Positions 10,091 through 15,885 of a DNA stretch of 64,000 nt are shown piece by piece. Within the stretch, counting starts at the first letter, position 1; the number at the start of each line of letters is the position of its first letter. Source of the stretch: Eubacteriales bacterium (GTDB lineage Bacteria > Bacillota > Clostridia > Oscillospirales > SIG627); assembly GCA_045531235.1 (NCBI GenBank), contig JAZSDQ010000098.1, positions 8,554 through 72,553 of the forward strand, given 5' to 3'. Under the pieces are notes generated by a model. The model was not told the DNA's origin, did no database searches, and was given only the letters and a program-made list of their open reading frames with translations. A program made the translations under genes and the position numbers.

Positions 10091-10128
10091 CAAACAAAAA
10101 AGCACTTGCAACGGCAAGTGCTTTTCTT

Positions 10129-10317
10129 TTATTTTTTGAGGGTATCCTCTTTGCCGCGGTAGACGATGAATTTGCAGAAAAGGTATTCCAGAATGAAATT
10201 GGAAAGCATGGTCAGAGCGAGAATGATAAAATCGTTCCAGCCTGCCTTTTCCGCCAGCTCGTCTTGGGAAAGACCGTGCTTTGATCTGAGTTCCAATATA
10301 ATATCTTTCGTTTCCAT
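10129..10317 (-). pseudogene. Chimeric ORF: 24 codons of an XRE-type HTH regulator fused to the last 38 codons of gtrA
   Basis: METKDIILELRSKHGLSQDELAEK is joined to AGWNDFIILALTMLSNFILEYLFCKFIVYRGKEDTLKK. The second half is DNA-identical to the 3' end of the intact gtrA at 12503-12630. The junction falls in a shared GCGGAAAAG (A-E-K). Confidence 0.8.
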
Positions 10318-10428
10318 CGTGCCACCGCCTTTGTTTACTGTAACTCTATTATAGCAAACCCCGGCAGGAATAACAAGCAACGTGCTGTTGCTATGGATTG
10401 TGTGTATATCAGTTCGTTGCTTGCGATT

Positions 10429-10488
10429 TCAGTGGTGCGCCTGCGAATCAAAATTGCCGTAATAAAACTCTTCAATGAATTTAGCCAT
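10429..10488 (-). pseudogene. Truncated small ORF (MAKFIEEFYYGNFDSQAHH*), probable remnant of a mobile-element gene
   Basis: It has a strong AAAGGAGG site and an ATG but stops after 19 codons. It lies directly upstream of the HTH fragment, arranged like a two-gene regulatory pair. The family assignment is from memory only. Confidence 0.3.
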
Positions 10489-10578
10489 ATCGTTTTACCT
10501 CCTTTGCCTATATTGTAGCAAGGGAGGGTTATTTTGACGAATGTGTGGAATGAAAATCAGCACATTCGTTGTTTTGTC

Positions 10579-10607
10579 TTGAACAATTTCTTATTAAGTG
10601 TTATAAT
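10579..10607 (+). promoter_or_regulatory. Putative promoter of the DUF488 cassette
   Basis: TTGAAC (10579-10584), a 17-nt spacer, then TATAAT (10602-10607). A second TATAAT lies 7 nt downstream. Confidence 0.55.
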
Positions 10608-10632
10608 GTGCGTATAATAGTCCAAAAAAGAG

Positions 10633-11265
10633 GTGACAATTATTAACTCCATTTATACGATCGGTTATACTGCCTTTTCAATAAATGAATTTATTGAAAC
10701 AATAAAGCATTATAATATTAATTGCGTGATTGATGTTCGCAGTTCACCTTTTTCAAATTATTACAGCGATTACAACAAGGATGCTTTAGAACGCACCTTA
10801 AAACAACATAATATTTTGTATCGAAACTACGCGAATGAATTTGGAGCACGCCAAACAAACTCAGATTTTTATTCTGGGGATATAGTTGATTTCGATAAAT
10901 TCATTAAATCGACGCAGTTTTTACAAGGTGTTTCTAAAATAAAAAAAGGAATTGAATGCGGATATAATTTTGTTCTGATGTGCGCGGAAAAAGATCCTAT
11001 CAAATGTCATCGTTCTATTATGTTAGGCAAGGGATTTTCTAATAGCAGTTTTGAGGTAAAACATATTATATCTAAAAATGAATTAGAATCACAAAAGGAA
11101 TTGGAACAACGATTGCTAGAAATGTATCATCAAGATAGATTTCAGTTGACTCTGTTTGGTGAAGATCGCTCCGAATCCGATCTCCTTGCCGATGCGTATA
11201 TGAAACAGAATTTAGCAATAGGATATAACAGAAACACTAAAATAGAACAGGAAGATATCGAATGA
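10633..11265 (+). CDS. DUF488 family protein, long form with a C-terminal helical extension
   Basis: 210 aa. Motifs: IYTIGYTAFS, VIDVRSSPFS, ILYRNYANEFG and LMCAEKDPIKCHRSIM, which together match the DUF488 pattern. The track start is a GTG abutting the AGAGG site, so the exact start is uncertain. Confidence 0.7.
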   Translation: MTIINSIYTIGYTAFSINEFIETIKHYNINCVIDVRSSPFSNYYSDYNKDALERTLKQHNILYRNYANEFGARQTNSDFYSGDIVDFDKFIKSTQFLQGVSKIKKGIECGYNFVLMCAEKDPIKCHRSIMLGKGFSNSSFEVKHIISKNELESQKELEQRLLEMYHQDRFQLTLFGEDRSESDLLADAYMKQNLAIGYNRNTKIEQEDIE

Positions 11266-11702
11266 TTTTTACAATCGGATTTACACAAAAAAACGCCGAA
11301 AACTTTTTTGGATTACTAACCCAAAACAAAATTGATTTATTAATAGATATTAGACTTAATAACACGTCTCAATTGGCAGGATTTGCGAAATTTCCGGATA
11401 TACAGTTTTTCTTAAAAAGAATTTGTCAGGTGAGTTATGTGCATGATACTGTTCTTTCACCAACCGAAGATTTGCTTAAAAATTACAAAAGCAAGAAAAT
11501 CTCTTGGCTTGAATATGAAGAGGTTTTCGAAAGCATCATGTTAGAACGTAATATTAATAATTATATTCAAGAGCGATATGCCAACTTATTTGATAAAAAC
11601 ATCTGCCTTTTGTGTAGCGAACCAACTGAAAAACAATGCCATAGGCGGTTAGTGGCAGAGCATTTTAAAAAAGTGTTGAAAATGGATGTAGTACATTTAT
11701 AA
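11262..11702 (+). CDS. DUF488 family protein, short divergent paralog
   Basis: 146 aa. Motifs: IFTIGFTQKN, LIDIRLNNTS and LLCSEPTEKQCHRRLV. Its start overlaps the upstream stop in ATGA at 11262-11265. Confidence 0.7.
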   Translation: MIFTIGFTQKNAENFFGLLTQNKIDLLIDIRLNNTSQLAGFAKFPDIQFFLKRICQVSYVHDTVLSPTEDLLKNYKSKKISWLEYEEVFESIMLERNINNYIQERYANLFDKNICLLCSEPTEKQCHRRLVAEHFKKVLKMDVVHL

Positions 11703-11715
11703 AGGAAGTTTTATC

Positions 11716-12321
11716 ATGGTTAAACGTGTAATAGTGTTAACGTTGTCTTTGAAATTTGATGGATATTGTATTGCGGCCTATGATGCAGAAAATAATACGA
11801 TGATTAGATTAGTAAAGGATTCTTCAAGAGAGAACGGTATTCCAAGACCATATGCTCGCGGGATTCACTTGCTGGATGAAGTAGATATTAATATAGTTGA
11901 ATATTGTCCAAAAGAACATCAAACAGAAAATGTAGTTATTGATTTGCATTATGGCTTGAGAAAAACCGGAAGAAGAGCTGATATTGAGAATATTTATAAC
12001 AACTTGCAAAAGCACTCTCGTATCTTTGGTGACAACAACTACAAAGTTTTAAGTGTTGACCACCTTGACCATTCCCTTGAGATAATTAAATTTGAAAACA
12101 TGCATATACAAACAAGGATTATCAATGAAAAAAACAAGACAAAGGCAACTTTTGTTTGTAATTCTCAATTTCATTTAGATTATAGTGTTACTGATGCTCG
12201 TTTTTTTGATGAGGATGTGTCAATACCTTTTGGATATTCAATAATAAGTTTGCCTGCAACTGATAACTTTACGGAACAATATGGATATTTTAAATACGTG
12301 TCTGCGGTATATCCAAACTAA
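11716..12321 (+). CDS. Hypothetical 201-aa protein, no motif I can assign
   Basis: MVKRVIVLTLSLKFDGYCIAAYDAENNTMIRLV... It has an AAGGAAG site and starts 13 nt after the preceding stop. It looks soluble and predominantly beta-type by eye. Confidence 0.6.
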   Translation: MVKRVIVLTLSLKFDGYCIAAYDAENNTMIRLVKDSSRENGIPRPYARGIHLLDEVDINIVEYCPKEHQTENVVIDLHYGLRKTGRRADIENIYNNLQKHSRIFGDNNYKVLSVDHLDHSLEIIKFENMHIQTRIINEKNKTKATFVCNSQFHLDYSVTDARFFDEDVSIPFGYSIISLPATDNFTEQYGYFKYVSAVYPN

Positions 12322-12340
12322 ACATTGTTTTCAATCAAAC

Positions 12341-12386
12341 AACACCGCTTGCTGAGTGATTTCAGCAAGCGGTGTTATCTTTTTTC
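12341..12386 (+). terminator. Strong terminator of the cassette
   Basis: 15-bp perfect stem AACACCGCTTGCTGA / TCAGCAAGCGGTGTT with a 6-nt loop, followed by ATCTTTTTT. Confidence 0.85.
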
Positions 12387-12406
12387 GGGGGTATAATTTT
12401 GCGTGT

Positions 12407-12468
12407 GTTGGGAGCGCACCACACTGGCAATGTGGGGGTCAGGGGTTCAAGTCCCCTATGCTCCACCA
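12407..12468 (+). pseudogene. Partial tRNA-Ala copy (nt 15-76 only), non-functional
   Basis: It is identical to 9619-9680 except for one base in the anticodon loop (G to A). It lacks the 5' acceptor strand and the 5' half of the D stem. Confidence 0.9.
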
Positions 12469-12630
12469 GAAAAAAGCACTTGCAATAGCAAGTGCTTTTC
12501 TTTTATTTTTTCAGGGTATCCTCTTTGCCGCGGTAGACGATGAATTTGCAGAAAAGGTATTCCAGAATGAAATTGGAAAGCATGGTCAGAGCGAGAATGA
12601 TAAAATCGTTCCAGCCTGCCTTTTCCGCCA
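12407..12630. repeat. Right copy of the duplicated segment X (partial tRNA-Ala, terminator, gtrA 3' end)
   Basis: See the left copy at 9619-10256. There are four mismatches in total, and the 384-bp insert is absent. Confidence 0.9.
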
Positions 12631-12904
12631 CGGTACCGAGCCAGGTGGAAAGAGGGGTAAAGACAAGATAAAAGCCGAAAACCTTTGCCATTGCCACGGG
12701 AACGTTAGCGGCAGACTGAAAGGTATAGCGTCGATTGAGAGTGAAATTCCAAAGAATGGACAAGGTAAGGGAAATAAGATACGGGATCCAATAATCCTTG
12801 ATAAAAATTTCAAGAAGGGCAAAGGAAGCTACCTGAATGATTCCTGCCGACACGGAGAACAACGTAAATTTTAAAGCTCTCAGCAATTCTTTTTTATCCT
12901 TCAT
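12503..12904 (-). CDS. GtrA family membrane protein (glycolipid translocation-type)
   Basis: The start is trimmed to MKDKKELLRALKFTLFSVSAGIIQ. The protein has four TM helices and the NFxLNRxxTF motif (NFTLNRRYTF). Confidence 0.75.
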   Translation of the reverse strand: MKDKKELLRALKFTLFSVSAGIIQVASFALLEIFIKDYWIPYLISLTLSILWNFTLNRRYTFQSAANVPVAMAKVFGFYLVFTPLSTWLGTVAEKAGWNDFIILALTMLSNFILEYLFCKFIVYRGKEDTLKK

Positions 12905-12914
12905 TTTTCTTTCC

Positions 12915-14039
12915 TCAGATCTCTTTTTTATAGCAGCGACGGCGCTTATGCTGACGCTTTTCAAATTGATTCCACATACTGTGCACGGCGCCGTTGGTTT
13001 CCAGCTGAGGGCCGGTTTCACAATATTTTACTCCGTTTTCAATCAGCTTTGTCAAAAGGGTATCAATGATAATGGCAGGTACGCCCTGGTTCTGATATTT
13101 CGGCTCTACCGCCACAAAATACATTTCCAAGGTATCGTTTTTACCCTTCAAAGCGCGGAGCATTCTTACGATACCAAAGGGAAAGAGCTTTCCGTCAGAC
13201 TTTTTCTGCGCTTTTGCCAGAGAAGGCACCAAAACGCCGAAGCCGACGATTTTTCCTTCTTTGGTCTTGACCGAGCAGATATAATCCAGATTGACCAGGG
13301 GAACGTAGCCGTCAATAACATTTTGAATAACGGCAGGGGTCAGCGGTACCGTGCCGTAAAGCTTGGAAAACGCCACATCGATCAGGCCGAAGGCTTCAAA
13401 GGCTTCTTTATAAAGGGTCTTTCTATCCTTATATATTACAACTTGAAAATCGTGCTTTTTCTGCACGTGCTTTGCAATACGCGCAATGCGGGGATCATTT
13501 TTCTCGGGAACGCGAATCAGGTACTCGATCCAGTCAATATCCTTTTTCAGTCCCAGTTTTTCCATATGCACAAGATAGTAGGGATCGTTATAAAAGGTGA
13601 TGGCCATATTGAATTCATCAAAGCCTTCCACAAGCATTCCCTCGTGGTCCATATCCGTAAAGCCGATGGGCCCCATAATCTCCGTATAGCCCTTTTCCTT
13701 GCCCCAGGCTACCACAGCATCAAAGAGGGCTTGGGATACTTCATAATCGTCTATAAAATCAAAGCGGGTAAAGCGCATGGCGTTTTTCTCCCACTTTTTA
13801 TTGTAGGCGTGGTTGATCAGCCCCGCAATACGACCGACGATCTTCTCATCCTTATAAGCAAGAAAGAGCTTGGTTTCGCAAAATTCATAGGCGGGATTTT
13901 TCCCTTCGGTGAAGGTATCCATTTCGTCACTTGCCAAAAACGGAACGAAATTGGGGTTATCTCCAAAAAGCTTATTGGGAAATTCCACCCACTTCTTTTT
14001 TTCTTTTTCGCTGAGTACCTCTTTTACAGTTACACTCAT
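12915..14039 (-). CDS. GNAT-like acyltransferase family protein (about 370-aa class)
   Basis: 374 aa. The C-terminal block YFVAVEPKYQNQGVPAIIID resembles the GNAT acetyl-CoA binding motif. The assignment is by resemblance only. Confidence 0.5.
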   Translation of the reverse strand: MSVTVKEVLSEKEKKKWVEFPNKLFGDNPNFVPFLASDEMDTFTEGKNPAYEFCETKLFLAYKDEKIVGRIAGLINHAYNKKWEKNAMRFTRFDFIDDYEVSQALFDAVVAWGKEKGYTEIMGPIGFTDMDHEGMLVEGFDEFNMAITFYNDPYYLVHMEKLGLKKDIDWIEYLIRVPEKNDPRIARIAKHVQKKHDFQVVIYKDRKTLYKEAFEAFGLIDVAFSKLYGTVPLTPAVIQNVIDGYVPLVNLDYICSVKTKEGKIVGFGVLVPSLAKAQKKSDGKLFPFGIVRMLRALKGKNDTLEMYFVAVEPKYQNQGVPAIIIDTLLTKLIENGVKYCETGPQLETNGAVHSMWNQFEKRQHKRRRCYKKEI

Positions 14040-14066
14040 AATCTTTTCCTCGTTATAAAATTTGCC

Positions 14067-14504
14067 TTATTTTTCGGCAACTCGCTCCAGTCTTTCACTG
14101 ATAATGGATAAGCTGCGGTAAAAAGCAATTCTTTCTTCTTCCGTCAGGCCGTCATTCAGCGTTTCCAGAACACCGTCCACCTTTTCCAGAATCGTTTTCC
14201 CCATCTCTTTCCCCTTTTCCGTAAGAATGAGAGGGTATTTATAGCGTTTTATATTTTTTCCGTCAGAAACAAGATATCCGTTCTTTTCCAAAAAGCCTAC
14301 GGCCCGGGAAACGGTCGCCTTATCTTCCTCGCAGCGCTCACACAGCTCTGTCAGGGTAAGACCGCGGGAAAGGTGCAAATAATAAAGGCAGGAAATGTGG
14401 GCGCTTCTCAGGCCATACTCCGCCATTTCGCGGTTTTCAATTTTTCTGATGCTACGGGCGATGCGATGGATCAAGATGGTAAACATTTCAAAGCGCTGTT
14501 TCAT
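14067..14504 (-). CDS. MarR family transcriptional regulator
   Basis: The start is trimmed to MKQRFEMF, which follows a GGGGAGGG site. The winged-HTH region is LTLTELCERCEEDKATVSRAVGFLEKNGYL. Confidence 0.8.
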   Translation of the reverse strand: MKQRFEMFTILIHRIARSIRKIENREMAEYGLRSAHISCLYYLHLSRGLTLTELCERCEEDKATVSRAVGFLEKNGYLVSDGKNIKRYKYPLILTEKGKEMGKTILEKVDGVLETLNDGLTEEERIAFYRSLSIISERLERVAEK

Positions 14505-14599
14505 TTTCCCTCCCCAAAGATATATCAATCACACATTCAATTTATCACTTTTTTGTTGAAAAGTCAACAAAAATTAACATTAAGAAAATATGAAGATCA

Positions 14600-14626
14600 A
14601 AAAAAGACGGCCGAAGCCGTCTTTTC
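14600..14626 (-). terminator. Terminator after the amidotransferase-like gene
   Basis: AAAAGACGGCC-GAA-GCCGTCTTTT. Confidence 0.75.
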
Positions 14627-14632
14627 TTTATT

Positions 14633-15706
14633 TTATTTATTTTCCAACCAGAATTTAATACGCTTGGAACCTTTGTGTTCTCCAAGACAGCCGCGGAGAC
14701 GACCCTCCTTGTGGAAGGCGTACAGAACGCGGTAGGTCAAAGCTACCTGTGGCTTGAAAGGAGAAAGTCCGTTGTTGTATTTGCACTCGGCAATAGGCTC
14801 AGACCAAAACGCCTGCCAGTCGCTGCTATAGTCAAATTCACCAAGGGACTTGGGTTCGCCCTCGCTGAGGATCTTTTCCAATCTTTCGTAAGCCACCTTG
14901 AAAGCACGGGGGGTTACAGGCTCTACCCGAATGCCGTCAAAGCCCTTACCTGCGATGTGCATCTTACCGGGAGTTACCTGAGTAACAGAGCCGTGAGGCA
15001 CGGAAACGATCTGCTCAATGCCCGCATCCTCGGGGAATGCAAGGGCTGAGGTAGCAAGGTAGCTTTCTTCCCCGTTCATACCAACTTCAATGGCGCGGGT
15101 AAAACAGCCGATGGTGATCAAGCCGGGAAGATCGGCATGTACGGAAAGAGAAACATTTTCACAAGGAAGCAAAGAAAGAGCATCTCTCATTGCATTTTCT
15201 GCCTTTTCGGGGGTAGCGCCTTCCAGCAAAGCTTCTCCAAGCTGTTGTACCGTAGGCTCCATTACGTGGAAATACATACCGTTTGCCAGATGATTCTTTT
15301 TCAGCGTAGCGGTTTCATAAGCGGTGACCATCATACCACGGTCGTAGTAACTCTGCGCCGTTTTATTGAGAAGCTCGTACCACTCGGGCGTGGTAACAGT
15401 ACGCAAAGTGCCGTTTGCAACGAGGGCACATTTGCCGTCGTGGCTGATAAAAGGATGAGCATGCTCAACTCGGTTGGCAGCGGGACGGGAATGGATCAAT
15501 CCGCAAGTACCGGGGAAATTGATGGCGTCGGTTTCCCGGAGAAGATCGTCCAGCTCACCAAGAACTTTGGCGGTATAGATCTTTCCTTCGTGGATGGTAA
15601 CGATTCCGGTTGCCTTTCCACCGTCAAAAAACTGCTCTCTGCGAAGCATTTCAATAAGGATAGGGGCGGCACGTTTGTTACCGGAATAACCTGCAATGAC
15701 ACACAT
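14633..15706 (-). CDS. Class II (Ntn, Cys1) glutamine amidotransferase domain protein with an unassigned C-terminal region
   Basis: 357 aa. The N-terminus is MCVIAGYSG...GLIHSRPAAN...HPF, typical of class II amidotransferases. I see no SIS or synthase domain. Confidence 0.6.
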   Translation of the reverse strand: MCVIAGYSGNKRAAPILIEMLRREQFFDGGKATGIVTIHEGKIYTAKVLGELDDLLRETDAINFPGTCGLIHSRPAANRVEHAHPFISHDGKCALVANGTLRTVTTPEWYELLNKTAQSYYDRGMMVTAYETATLKKNHLANGMYFHVMEPTVQQLGEALLEGATPEKAENAMRDALSLLPCENVSLSVHADLPGLITIGCFTRAIEVGMNGEESYLATSALAFPEDAGIEQIVSVPHGSVTQVTPGKMHIAGKGFDGIRVEPVTPRAFKVAYERLEKILSEGEPKSLGEFDYSSDWQAFWSEPIAECKYNNGLSPFKPQVALTYRVLYAFHKEGRLRGCLGEHKGSKRIKFWLENK

Positions 15707-15885
15707 AACGTTTCTCCTTGTTTTTCATATTATGATATTTTGATGATTTATTTTACCATTTCAAAAAAGACGTGTCAACCTTTTGACCCGCTTTCTCCAT
15801 TGTTTCAGAAAACTTTATAAAATCTTGATTTTTTTGTCATTATTCTTCCCCAAAAATAAAGAAAAAAGACGGCTTTCGCCGTCTT

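Larger units (their letters stand above)
9619..10256. repeat. Left copy of the duplicated segment X (tRNA-Ala nt 15-76, terminator, gtrA 3' end), carrying an extra 384-bp insert
   Basis: 9619-9711 matches 12407-12499 with 3 mismatches. 10096-10256 matches 12470-12630 with 3 mismatches. 9712-10095 is absent from the right copy. Confidence 0.9.
10257..12406. mobile_element. 2.15-kb AT-rich foreign insert (cargo) bracketed by the two copies of segment X; no integrase or transposase
   Basis: Composition shifts sharply to AT-rich relative to the flanks. The insert contains regulator gene fragments and a three-gene cassette. Its boundaries are defined exactly by where repeat homology ends (10256 and 12407). 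Confidence 0.6.

Noticed and set aside
12407-12468. A possible second functional tRNA-Ala gene
   Set aside because: It lacks the first 14 nt (the 5' acceptor strand and the start of the D arm), so it cannot fold into a tRNA. I interpret it as the duplicated recombination segment.
9681-12468. An intact integrase-mediated genomic island or prophage at the tRNA-Ala 3' end
   Set aside because: No integrase, recombinase, transposase or phage structural ORF is present in any frame. The repeat extends beyond the tRNA into gtrA, and the inner junctions are illegitimate. That fits homologous or illegitimate recombination better than att-site integration.
12356-12874. A 172-aa + strand ORF
   Set aside because: It spans the cassette terminator and the partial tRNA, then runs antisense to gtrA. 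It is not coding.
12837-14111. A 424-aa + strand ORF
   Set aside because: It is antisense to the GNAT-like gene and the MarR 3' end. The minus-strand genes have ribosome-binding sites, tight spacing and recognisable motifs.
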